From: Gemmata obscuriglobus
Lineage (GTDB): Bacteria > Planctomycetota > Planctomycetia > Gemmatales > Gemmataceae
Reading direction: 5' to 3'
NCBI RefSeq assembly: GCF_008065095.1
Contig: NZ_CP042911.1
Coordinates: 7,080,001 to 7,112,000 of the forward strand
DNA length: 32,000 nt
Program-made: the position numbers and the translations under genes
The notes under the pieces: model-generated
Database searches by the model: none
What the model was told of the DNA's origin: nothing
The model's input: only the letters and a program-made list of their open reading frames with translations
Part shown: positions 1-8,194 of the stretch, in pieces
How positions within the stretch are numbered: position 1 is the stretch's first letter
Layout of the letters: the number at the start of each line of letters is the position of its first letter

Positions 1-1275
1 AAGATGCTCTACGACAACGCCCTGCTCGCTTCGGCGCTGGCCGAGGCGTACCAGCGGACGGGGGACCCGTTCTTCCAGCAGATCGGCCGTGAGACGCTCG
101 ACTACGTTGTGCGGGAAATGTGGGCGGAGGGCGGCGCCTTCTTCTCCACCCAGGACGCCGACAGCGAGGGCGAAGAGGGCAAGTTCTACGTCTGGTCGCT
201 GGACGAGTTGCGCGCGGTGTTGGGGGCCGAGGACGCGGAGTTCGCGTGCAAGGTGTGGGGGGCCACCCGGGGCGGCAACTTCGAGGGGCGCAACATCCTG
301 TTCCGCACCCTCTCCGACGCCGACGAGGGCAAAGCGCACGGCACGAGCGAGGAGGCGTTCCGGGCGCGGCTCCGGGCGGTCAAGGACACGCTCTACGCGG
401 CGCGGGCGAAACGGGTGTGGCCCGGGCGCGACGAGAAGATCCTGACCGCGTGGAACGGCCTCATGATCGCCGCGTTCGCGCAGTTCGGGATGGCGACCGG
501 CGGCGAGGACGCCGCGTGCGCGGCGGTCGCGGCCGATCACATCCTCCGGACCATGCGCACCGCGGACGGGCGACTGTACCGCACCGCCGGGGTGGGGCAG
601 CCGCCGAAGCTGAGCGGCTACCTGGAAGATTACGCGTTCCTCGCGGACGCGCTCGTGACGCTGTACGAAGCAACGTTTGAGGTGAAGTGGCTCCGCGCCG
701 CCCTCGAACTGGCGGAGGCGCTACTCAAGCACTTCGCGGACCCGAACGGCCCCGGCTTCTTCTTCACCGCGGACGACCACGAGGAGCTGATCGCCCGCAC
801 CAAGGACCTGCACGACGGCTCGACGCCGAGCGGCAACGCGGTGGCCGTAACGGTCCTGCTGCGTTTGGCCGCGCTGACCGGGCGGCGGGACCTCGCCGAA
901 CCGGCCGAGCGCACCCTCCGCGGGTACCGCGAGACGATGGCGGAGCACCCGGCCGCGAGCGGGCAGATGCTCATCGCGCTCGACTTCCACCTCGGCCCGG
1001 TTCAGCAGGTGGCGATCGTCGGCCCGGAGCACGACCAAGCAACGCGGCGCGCGATCGAAGCGGTCCGGGCGACATTCGGGCCGCGCCGGGTGGTCGCGTT
1101 CCACGACCCGGCGTCCGGGGCGCCGCCGGCAGAACTCGCGACGCTATTCGAAGGCAAGGAGGCGCTGGACGGTGCGGTCACGGTTTACGTCTGCGAGAAC
1201 TTCGCGTGCCGCGCCCCACTGACCGGCGCCGAAGCGATAGAGTCGGGGTTCCGCGCGGCAAACCGAACCAAATAA
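1..1275 (+). CDS. Thioredoxin-domain/DUF255 (YyaL-like) protein, C-terminal (alpha/alpha)6-barrel portion. The 5' end is cut by the window edge.
   Basis: The frame is open from nt 1 (aag before the first ATG). Family-typical stretches are present: LYDNALLA..AY..TGD, EGGAFFSTQDADSEGEEGKFYVW, LEDYAFLADAL, GFFFTADDHEELIARTKDLHDGSTPSGNAV and VYVCENFAC. Stop is TAA at 1273-1275. Confidence 0.8.
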   Translation, partial: KMLYDNALLASALAEAYQRTGDPFFQQIGRETLDYVVREMWAEGGAFFSTQDADSEGEEGKFYVWSLDELRAVLGAEDAEFACKVWGATRGGNFEGRNILFRTLSDADEGKAHGTSEEAFRARLRAVKDTLYAARAKRVWPGRDEKILTAWNGLMIAAFAQFGMATGGEDAACAAVAADHILRTMRTADGRLYRTAGVGQPPKLSGYLEDYAFLADALVTLYEATFEVKWLRAALELAEALLKHFADPNGPGFFFTADDHEELIARTKDLHDGSTPSGNAVAVTVLLRLAALTGRRDLAEPAERTLRGYRETMAEHPAASGQMLIALDFHLGPVQQVAIVGPEHDQATRRAIEAVRATFGPRRVVAFHDPASGAPPAELATLFEGKEALDGAVTVYVCENFACRAPLTGAEAIESGFRAANRTK

Positions 1276-1451
1276 TTGTGCGCGAACCGAATTGCTACTT
1301 GCACCGGGCGCACAGGGCGGGTAGAGTCCAAGAAGAATGCGTGACGTGAGTCGGCCCGCTCCCACAGACACGCCAGCTCCCGCCACACATTTTTTGCTCT
1401 CCACCCCATCACCGGGGTGAGCACCTTATCATCTGCGTTTTGAGGTCGGTG

Positions 1452-2486
1452 ATGCTCTCCTTCTCTCCCCCGAAATCCCGCCGCGTGCGGGGTTTCACGC
1501 TTATTGAATTGTTGGTCGTGATCGCGATTATTGCGATCCTGATCGGGCTCCTGCTGCCCGCCGTCCAGAAGGTGCGCGAGGCTGCCGCGCGCATGAAGTG
1601 CTCAAACAACCTGAAGCAACTCGGGCTGGCGATGCACGGCTACCACGACGTGGGACAGAAGTTCCCGCGGAACTACCGCCAGGTCGGCGGTAACGCCTGG
1701 GAGGCCACCAGCGCCAACGTCGAAATCCTCCCGTTCGTCGAACAGGACCCGCTGTTCAAGCTGTTCGAAGCGAACCGCACCAACTGGGGCTGGACCTACA
1801 ACACCGGGATGAACACCAAGCTGTCGGTGTTCCTGTGCCCGTCGTCGCCGGCCGCGCCGGCCCGCGGCAGCAACCCGAGCGGCTGGGACGGCCCGGGCGG
1901 CAACTACGGCTGGTCCACCGGCAGCTCGGTCGAAACCGTGTGGGGCGGCTCCCGGTTCAACGGCATCGTCTCGTACCAGAACGACACCAAGATGGGGGAC
2001 GTGACCGACGGCCTGTCGAACACGCTGCTGGCGTCCGAACTGCTGTCCGGCTCGAACGCCAGCGGCAACGCCGGCAAGTACCCGTACGACGTGTTCTACA
2101 CGAACAACGGCCTGTTCAACTCGGTCGTGAACAAGAACTTCCCGACCCAGGCGGAAGTGGACGCGATCGGTCAGGCCGCCCGGACCTCGCCGAGCGGGAT
2201 GCGGTCCAACAACGGCACCATGTGGGCGTGGTACTCGGCCGGTCAGTCCACGCTCAACACCGCGGTCCCGCCGAACTGGGCGTACCCGACGGCCGGCGGC
2301 GACTGCTGCCCGGGCGGCGCGCACGACTGGGGCTTCGGCCTGATCCCGCCGCGCAGCATGCACACCGGCGGCGTCAACGCGGTGCTCGGCGACGGCTCGG
2401 TGCGGTTCATCTCGAACAGCATTGCCCTGACCACCTTCCAACTGCTCGGCAACCGCTCGGACGGTCAGCCGGTGCCCAACTACTAA
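1452..2486 (+). CDS. DUF1559 domain protein with a prepilin-type N-terminal cleavage/methylation motif (planctomycete pseudopilin-like family).
   Basis: ATG at 1452 is preceded by GAGG (1442-1445). The N-terminus [54 protein letters not shown] and the C-terminal [19 protein letters not shown] are typical of DUF1559 proteins. The in-frame TTG at 1440 is an alternative start. Confidence 0.9.
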   Translation: MLSFSPPKSRRVRGFTLIELLVVIAIIAILIGLLLPAVQKVREAAARMKCSNNLKQLGLAMHGYHDVGQKFPRNYRQVGGNAWEATSANVEILPFVEQDPLFKLFEANRTNWGWTYNTGMNTKLSVFLCPSSPAAPARGSNPSGWDGPGGNYGWSTGSSVETVWGGSRFNGIVSYQNDTKMGDVTDGLSNTLLASELLSGSNASGNAGKYPYDVFYTNNGLFNSVVNKNFPTQAEVDAIGQAARTSPSGMRSNNGTMWAWYSAGQSTLNTAVPPNWAYPTAGGDCCPGGAHDWGFGLIPPRSMHTGGVNAVLGDGSVRFISNSIALTTFQLLGNRSDGQPVPNY

Positions 2487-2500
2487 GGAAGGAGCGGCAC

Positions 2501-2848
2501 GTGACGAAGTACTGGCGTACAGCGGCGTTCGCGCTCCTGGTGGGGGCACTCGCGGCCCCGGGCTGCGGCCCGCCCGGGCGGACGAAGGAAGAGACGATCG
2601 AGGTTAAAGAGAACTCCGGGCTGGAGCAGGCCAAGCAGGTTCTAAACAACTATGCGAAGGGCCAGGCGCTCGGCAGCGAAGTGACCTCGTTCGACAACAT
2701 CGTGGCGCGGGTGCGTGAAACCGACGCGGCCCGGGCCGATGTCCTGCAAAAAGGCTTCGCGGACCTCCAGAAGCCGAAGGCCGACACCAAGGCCAAGGCG
2801 AAAGAGATCCTGAAGGCCCTTGAGCCGAAAATGACCGGCGGGAGCTGA
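2501..2848 (+). CDS. Small putative lipoprotein (115 aa) immediately downstream of the DUF1559 gene.
   Basis: GTG at 2501 lies 14 nt after the DUF1559 stop and is preceded by AAGGAAGGAG (2485-2494). A signal peptide ends in LVGALAAPGC, followed by a charged helical Lys/Ala-rich body. It lies in frame inside the longer artefactual ORF 1835..2848. Confidence 0.6.
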   Translation: MTKYWRTAAFALLVGALAAPGCGPPGRTKEETIEVKENSGLEQAKQVLNNYAKGQALGSEVTSFDNIVARVRETDAARADVLQKGFADLQKPKADTKAKAKEILKALEPKMTGGS

Positions 2849-2866
2849 TCGCTCCAATCCGGTCAA

Positions 2867-2911
2867 CGAGCGAGCCGCGTCTGCCACACAAGGGCAGGCA
2901 CGGCTCGCTCG
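2867..2911 (+). terminator. Imperfect GC-rich hairpin downstream of the lipoprotein gene, in a convergent gene gap.
   Basis: cgagcgagcc (2867-2876) pairs with ggctcgctcg (2902-2911), and an inner ctgcc/ggcag pair adds to the stem. There is no clear U-tract. Confidence 0.35.
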
Positions 2912-3160
2912 CGTTAGCGGCCAATATCATCTCGACACGGCAACGCCCCCAGCCGGCGCGGCACGCTCGGGCTACTGAAACGTGTTCTGGGACAGCGACA
3001 GCACACCGGTATATGCCCCGGCCGAACACCACGGCGTTTCACACAGGGCCACACGTTCCACAACGCCACCACGGCGCGGCCTCGTGCTGCGGAGTGAAGC
3101 CACCGACTGCGATCACGCTTGCATACGCCAGAGCAGAATTGCATTCGCCCGCGGCTGCGG

Positions 3161-4000
3161 TCAATCTGCGGATCGGCCCGGGGCGAGGAAAAGTGAGCCG
3201 GGGTGGGTGGTGCCGCCAAGAGAAGAGTCGGCCGGCCGGCGCGACTTGGTGAACGACCACCAGTCGTCCGGCAGAAGGCCCGTCAGGCGGCGGTACGCGG
3301 TGCCGAGCCAGTCCGGCAGCACGCGCGACAGGACCGACTGCCGCGTTTCGCCGACGTAAATCTGATCGTCGGCCTGCAACAGCACGTTGGTTCGCGGATC
3401 GCCATCGACCAGCACCGCGGCGACGTTCACCCGGAACACCTGCGGGCGCGCCGCCGCGGCCACGTTCGGCCGGATCACGTACACCTGGTTCAGCTTCGAT
3501 CCGGGCGGCAGCCCGCCGACCCGCTTCAGGAAGTCGAGCACCGGCTCCGGCCCCTGGTACGGAACCACCCGTGCGCGACCGCGGATCGGGCCGTACACCA
3601 CGACCCGCGCGCTGCGGGCGGCCGCGAGGGTAACGGTCACGCGCTCGGTCGGGCAGTCGGCGAGCGCGGCGAGGTCGGTGCGAATCTCGTCGAGGGTGCG
3701 CCCGTCGGCGCTCACGCTGCCGGGGCGCGGGAGCGGGAGCCGCCCGTCCACATCGACAACCGCGACCGCGTCCCAATCAGGGTGATCGGTGAACGTGACC
3801 GACACAACATCGGGGCACGCGACCCGGTATTCGGCAGAAGGCGCGGGGCGCTCGGCCGCGCCCTGCGGGTCCGGCGGCGCCGGGCAGGTGCGGCGCAGGA
3901 ACCGCGTGTCCCCACAGCCCGCACAGGCGGCGAGCAGTGCGAGCGCGGCGGCCGCGTGAAGGCGGCCGCGCCGACCGAATGTCGCGGTGCGAAATTCCAC
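3161..4000 (-). CDS. Polysaccharide export protein (Wza-like, Poly_export plus SLBB domains), probable lipoprotein.
   Basis: YRVACPDVVSVTF....VVDVDGRLPLPRPGSVSADGRTLDEIRTDLAAL....VTVTLAAARSARVVVYGPIRGRARV..YQGPEPVLDFLKRVGGLPP...VYVIRP......LLQADDQIYVGE matches the export-protein pattern. GTG at 4000 gives the N-terminus VEFRTATFGRRGRLHAAAALALLAACAGC (signal peptide plus lipobox Cys). The longer ORF running to 4180 adds only Arg/Cys-rich sequence. Confidence 0.8.
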   Translation of the reverse strand: MEFRTATFGRRGRLHAAAALALLAACAGCGDTRFLRRTCPAPPDPQGAAERPAPSAEYRVACPDVVSVTFTDHPDWDAVAVVDVDGRLPLPRPGSVSADGRTLDEIRTDLAALADCPTERVTVTLAAARSARVVVYGPIRGRARVVPYQGPEPVLDFLKRVGGLPPGSKLNQVYVIRPNVAAAARPQVFRVNVAAVLVDGDPRTNVLLQADDQIYVGETRQSVLSRVLPDWLGTAYRRLTGLLPDDWWSFTKSRRPADSSLGGTTHPGSLFLAPGRSAD

Positions 4001-4345
4001 ACATCCGTTATCGGCAGCCCGACCCGTGCCGCTTGACGCAAACACGGCTCGCGTGCGCGCCTTGCAAACAGGGCTTCGACCGCAGGCGCGCCTCGCCCTA
4101 CAAAATGCAGGGCGGGACGAGTCGGCGCCCGCGACGCGGTTCCGTGTGCGGCACCGGCAGTGCGGCTTCACAGCGCACAAGGAGAGACGACGTGAGTACC
4201 GGGGACGCTCTGTTTCGCGCGATCCGGAGCCCTCTGTAACAGAAGACTCGGATCACCGGCCGCACACATCGCGATACGGTCAGGAAACCAAGTAGTTTAC
4301 AGCGGTCTGGAGCTGGGGCGGGTTCTGCCGCATGACGGGTTCGCG

Positions 4346-4552
4346 CTACGGCCCTGGCACCTCGGACCATTCCGATGGGCCGGAGTTGGTGGCAACGAAC
4401 TTCTGCCACATCCGCCCGGTTCTGGTGTCCAGTAGTAGGCAGCTACTGTCCGCTCGGACCATTTGGTAGCGCCCGCCGGACAGCAAAGCATGCAGAAGGG
4501 CAGCAACAACGATACACGCCCCAAGTATTCCAGCCGCTCTTGCGCTCATCAA
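4346..4552 (-). CDS. Small hypothetical membrane-anchored protein (68 aa).
   Basis: The ATGATG start is preceded by AGAGGG. There is one N-terminal TM helix (AAGILGACIVVAALLHALL) followed by a short soluble segment. No family was recognised. Confidence 0.45.
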   Translation of the reverse strand: MMSARAAGILGACIVVAALLHALLSGGRYQMVRADSSCLLLDTRTGRMWQKFVATNSGPSEWSEVPGP

Positions 4553-4641
4553 ACCCTCTTTTGCCGAGCATCACGCTCACGACCCGAACGCAACACCCGC
4601 GGTCAACACGGACGGACATCCGGCGAGCGATGGGAAACGAG

Positions 4642-5025
4642 TCACGTGGCCGGGCCCAGTGCCGCGCCCGGTTCGACAAAAGAGGTCGCTGCGGGCGGGA
4701 ACGCGCGGGCGAACAGGAGGCGGGTCAGGGCCTCTACCTCGGACAGTTCCCGCTCCGTGCCCTCGTCCCGCCGGCCACCCTCGATCGATCGCCACGCCTC
4801 GTACCGCACCCGCAGGTGGGTTAGGGCGTAGTGTAGGGCGCCGACGAGATGCCGAGGCCATGCTGGTGCGCTCGCCCACTCGTCGGTCACCGCGTGCAAC
4901 AGACGGCGATACTCGCTGACCCAACTAGAGGGAAACCGGCCTGACTCGACAAGTGCCGGAGACGGGTCAGGCGGCCCGAAGACGTGCCGCGTTAGGGCAT
5001 CGGCGGCACCTACACCTTGGGTCAT
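4642..5025 (-). CDS. Hypothetical protein (127 aa).
   Basis: ATG at 5025 is preceded by GGAGG about 10 nt upstream. The sequence is protein-like (WVSEYRRLLHAVTDEWA...LVGALHYALTHLRVRYEAW). No family was recognised. Confidence 0.45.
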   Translation of the reverse strand: MTQGVGAADALTRHVFGPPDPSPALVESGRFPSSWVSEYRRLLHAVTDEWASAPAWPRHLVGALHYALTHLRVRYEAWRSIEGGRRDEGTERELSEVEALTRLLFARAFPPAATSFVEPGAALGPAT

Positions 5026-5148
5026 CACTCTTTGAAGCCTCCGTCGCCGAACGTCTCGCTCCCCTGCCCGGTCAGGATCGCACCCGGCCTCCACTGGGTG
5101 TAGCGAGCCGCGTGAGACAAATCAGCATGCCCGGCGGCTCAAACGCGA

Positions 5149-6096
5149 CTACGCCGGCTGCTTTTCGGGGTGCAGGTAAATGAAGCTCTTCCCGAGCCGC
5201 CCACCGTAGTTGCCCGCCGAGATCGTGAGCAGGTCGGGCACGTCCTTCGCCGCGGCGATCGCGGCCTGCGTCGCCTTCGCAATGGTCGGCAGGTCGGCTC
5301 CGTTAATGATGATCTCCTGCACACTCGCGACCCCTTCTGGCAGGCGCGACGCGACACCCTCTTTCCCGCGCAGGGTGGGGCAGTACTCGGCGTAAGTGCT
5401 GGCGATCGAGAACTTGTACTTGCTCCCGGCCTTGCTGCCGCTCGACGCGACCCCGCCCGGGAACGGCAGAATCACCCCCGGGACCTCGCTCGCGGCCGCC
5501 GCGGCCTTCGTTGCGGCGTCGAGCGCGGCGTCGGCGGTCGCACCGAAGAACCACAGGTTTCCGCCCATCAGCCCGTCGGCGAACCCGCAGCGCCGCTCGA
5601 TCACGAACTCGCCGCTGAGGATCGGCACCACCCAGCACCGCCGCCCGTGCCGCTCCGCGGTGAACTGGTGCCCGTCGCCGAAGTACGCGACCTTGCGGCC
5701 CAGCGGAAACCACTTCGCGCCGGGCTTCGGCGGCTGCTGGCTCGCGAACCAACTTCCGTCCGCCGGCAATACGTTAAACGCGGCGGTGGTGGGGCAGGTC
5801 ATCACGTTCTGTGCCACCCGCACGAGCACCGATCGCTCCAGTCGCGACTCACGGTCCTTATGGAAGCGGGGGACGTGGAACTGGACGATCGCCCCGGGCC
5901 GCCGGTCCGGCGTTTCGGACGCCTCGACGTAGCGATCGAGCCCCGCTTCGCAGTCGCAAAGAATGGTGCTGCTGGCGTTACCCGTCGCGGCACTTACGGC
6001 GTGATCGAGCCAGTACCGGTCGCGAGCCGTAACGAGGACGCTCGCGTAAATGCTCCGAAAGGCTTCGGCGTAAGTGTCGTCCACGGTCGCGGGCAT
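5149..6096 (-). CDS. ftr: Formylmethanofuran:tetrahydromethanopterin N-formyltransferase (Ftr / FhcD).
   Basis: The full-length architecture resembles archaeal and methylotroph Ftr. Matching stretches are DTYAEAFRSIYASVLVTA, ETPDRRPGAIVQFH, YFGDGHQ, RCWVVPILSGEFVIE, GGNLWFFG, PFPGGVASSGSKAGSKY, STYAEYCPTL, VQEIIINGADL and ISAGNYGGRLGK. ATG at 6096 has GGAG upstream. Confidence 0.9.
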   Translation of the reverse strand: MPATVDDTYAEAFRSIYASVLVTARDRYWLDHAVSAATGNASSTILCDCEAGLDRYVEASETPDRRPGAIVQFHVPRFHKDRESRLERSVLVRVAQNVMTCPTTAAFNVLPADGSWFASQQPPKPGAKWFPLGRKVAYFGDGHQFTAERHGRRCWVVPILSGEFVIERRCGFADGLMGGNLWFFGATADAALDAATKAAAAASEVPGVILPFPGGVASSGSKAGSKYKFSIASTYAEYCPTLRGKEGVASRLPEGVASVQEIIINGADLPTIAKATQAAIAAAKDVPDLLTISAGNYGGRLGKSFIYLHPEKQPA

Positions 6097-6123
6097 GCGG
6101 CGGCTCCGGAAGTAGTTTCACTT

Positions 6124-6153
6124 ATTGTGAACGATGATGGTGACGTGGGTCAA
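6124..6153 (-). promoter_or_regulatory. Candidate sigma-70-type promoter for ftr (TTGACC, 18-nt spacer, CACAAT), overlapped by a small palindrome.
   Basis: On the minus strand TTGACC sits at 6153-6148 and CACAAT at 6129-6124. The inverted repeat GTTCAC-AATAA-GTGAA(A) (plus-strand 6115-6132) overlaps the -10 element. The call rests on sequence pattern only. Confidence 0.3.
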
Positions 6154-6323
6154 CCAGGATGCAAAATCAAGCCGAAAGCCCAATTAGAAAGCACCAAGTG
6201 ACCGCAGATGCACACAGTTAATGCACCCAATCCGGTATCGCTAGCAGCCGCGAAAAATATCGAGCACCGGATTTACTTGGAAATGAAGTAGTTGCGACAT
6301 CCTCATGCAGCCGCAGTCAGTTT

Positions 6324-6339
6324 TGGCACGCGACTCGCA
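6324..6339 (+). promoter_or_regulatory. Sigma-54 (-24/-12)-like element TGGCACG-cgac-TCGCA.
   Basis: It matches the consensus TGGCACG-N4-TTGCA at all positions but one, with correct GG/GC spacing. It lies in the 322-nt intergenic region. No plus-strand CDS follows, only the hairpin at 6368-6418. Confidence 0.35.
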
Positions 6340-6357
6340 TTAGAATAAATCGGCGAG

Positions 6358-6418
6358 AGCCAAAAACAACCGCACGGCTAACTGGTAGAGGGAGAGGCTG
6401 CCAGTTAGTCGTGCGGTT
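6358..6418 (-). terminator. Intrinsic terminator of the HMA-MauE gene; the hairpin could work in both directions.
   Basis: An 18-bp stem joins aaccgcacggctaactgg (6368-6385) and ccagttagtcgtgcggtt (6401-6418), with one G:U position and a 15-nt loop. It starts directly after the TAG stop (6419-6421). On the minus strand it is followed by GTTTTTGG. Confidence 0.6.
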
Positions 6419-7144
6419 CTAGTTGTACAGCAGCCAGAACAGCATCGCGACCGCCATCCCGACCATCAGCACGTCTTCGACCAGCGTCACCGCGGACATC
6501 GGCAAGTTAAACACGGTTCCCAGGCAGGCACAGCGGATCTTGCGCCGCGCCGCGAGCGCCTTGACCACCCCCACCGTGCTGACACCCATCACCACAAGTG
6601 TCACGACATTCGTGGCGAGCGGGGCGAAGTGCCCGAGGTATGCAACGCCCAACCCTAACTCGATGAACGGGTAGACGTAACCGTAGCCGTACCATTTCGC
6701 AGCGACCACGTCGTAGCCGGCGTAGGCATCCGCAAACGCCCGCAGATTGAGCAGCTTGAAGAACGAGAACACCAGGAAGAAACCCGCCATGAACCGGCCC
6801 ATCGCGCGCATCGGGTCGAATGTCCCCGCGGCCAGCTCCGTTACTCCAACCCCGACCAACAGGTAGGAGAGGATCAGCAGCAGCGGAAAGTACGATGTCG
6901 GCTTCTCGGGGGGCGGCGCCGGTTGGGCAGCGGTCACCTCACCGAGAACGTGATACCCCGCGGGTCGCAGAAGCGCGCCGAGTCGCTCCGCGGTGACACC
7001 GTCGCCCTCGACGGTCAGCACCGTTTGCGGGCCGGACGTGTCGGCGTCCCATTTACGAACGTCCGGGGCGGCATCCAGTAGCGGGCGCACCTTCGCCACG
7101 CACGCCCCGCAATGAAGATCGGTTGTGTATCGTTGAACGACCAT
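6419..7144 (-). CDS. Heavy-metal-associated (HMA) domain fused to a MauE/DoxX-type redox-associated membrane domain.
   Basis: The N-terminal HMA fold carries a CxxC motif (TTDLHCGACVAKV). A Pro-rich linker follows, then about 5 TM helices and the motif RKIRCACLGTVFNLP, which resembles the MauE CGC(F/L)G motif. Confidence 0.85.
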   Translation of the reverse strand: MVVQRYTTDLHCGACVAKVRPLLDAAPDVRKWDADTSGPQTVLTVEGDGVTAERLGALLRPAGYHVLGEVTAAQPAPPPEKPTSYFPLLLILSYLLVGVGVTELAAGTFDPMRAMGRFMAGFFLVFSFFKLLNLRAFADAYAGYDVVAAKWYGYGYVYPFIELGLGVAYLGHFAPLATNVVTLVVMGVSTVGVVKALAARRKIRCACLGTVFNLPMSAVTLVEDVLMVGMAVAMLFWLLYN

Positions 7145-7319
7145 CGGTGAACCTCCGAGTGGACAAATCCGTCCTATTTGATGCTACCGGCTGGCGACGG
7201 GGTTCCAAACTCGGGCGCCACAAAGATTTCGCGGCGCCTGTTGAAGTTGCTCCCTTGAATTCGTTCCCGAGTTCCGGCTCACCTTCACCGCCGCGTTGTG
7301 GCGCGGTTAAAATGCCCTC

Positions 7320-8141
7320 ATGAAACTCTCAGCCGCTCTTGAGGCACTTTCCGTTGATCCGAGTGCCGAGACCGACCTGGCCCGAATCGCCCTTCTCATC
7401 GCGCGCGACGCTTACAGCGGCATGAACCCGCGCGCGTACCTACGCCGGATCGAACGGCTCGCAGAGCAGTTGCGCCCGCGCCTGAAAGGGTCGCTAGCGG
7501 CCCGCACCGCGGAACTGTCCACCTTCCTGTTCGAGGAGTGCGGGTTCGCGGGTAACACCGAGGACTACTACGACCCGCGGAACAGCTACCTCAACAAGGT
7601 GCTCGACCGCCAGGTGGGCTTGCCCATCGCGCTGTCGGTGCTGGCGATGGAAGTGGGCCGGCGCGCGGGGCTGGACGTGGTCGGCGTGGGGCTGCCCGGC
7701 CACTTCATCGTCAAAGCCGTGGAGGGCAACGAAGAGGTGCTGCTCGACCCGTTCAACGGCGGACAGTTCCTCGACATCGAAGGGTGCGAGGCGCTCGTGG
7801 GGGGCGTGACCGGACGGCCGTTCGAAGCGACCCCCGAGGCGCTGGCGGCGACGCCGCCGGGAGCGATCGTGGCGCGGATGCTTCAGAACCTGAAGACCGC
7901 GTACCTCGCGGAGCGAGATTACCGCCGCGGCGCCCGGGTCACCCGCCGGCTCACGCAACTGGTCCCCGCGGACGCGAGCCAGCAGCGCGACCTGGGGGTG
8001 CTGCTCGTGCAGGCGGAGCAGTTCGGCCGCGCGGTGGACCCGCTCCGGGCGTACCTCCGTGCCGAACCCGGGGCCGAGGACGCCGCGGACGTGCGGAAGT
8101 TCCTCTACCGCGCCCTGAACGAAGTCGCCCGGTGGAACTGA
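7320..8141 (+). CDS. SirB1-like protein (transglutaminase-like N-terminal region plus C-terminal TPR-like region; UPF0162 type).
   Basis: FLFEECGFAGNTEDYYDPRNSYLNKVLDRQVGLPIALSVLAMEVGRRAGLDVVGVGLPGHFIVK....LLDPFNGG matches the conserved core of the family. It is followed by TPR-like helices. Confidence 0.85.
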   Translation: MKLSAALEALSVDPSAETDLARIALLIARDAYSGMNPRAYLRRIERLAEQLRPRLKGSLAARTAELSTFLFEECGFAGNTEDYYDPRNSYLNKVLDRQVGLPIALSVLAMEVGRRAGLDVVGVGLPGHFIVKAVEGNEEVLLDPFNGGQFLDIEGCEALVGGVTGRPFEATPEALAATPPGAIVARMLQNLKTAYLAERDYRRGARVTRRLTQLVPADASQQRDLGVLLVQAEQFGRAVDPLRAYLRAEPGAEDAADVRKFLYRALNEVARWN

Positions 8142-8194
8142 TGCCTTCCGAACGGTTCCCGCCCCGCACCCGAACGGTGCGCCCGACGGTACGG

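Noticed and set aside
3161-4180. N-terminally extended versions of real genes in the ORF track: 3161..4180, 13113..15266, 16943..18202, 30163..31722, 22422..23822, 18204..18908 and 4642..5094.
   Set aside because: The extensions are Arg/Cys/Gly-rich, overlap neighbouring genes or hairpins, and remove otherwise good signal peptides or family-typical N-termini. Internal ATG/GTG starts with RBS-like sequences fit better.
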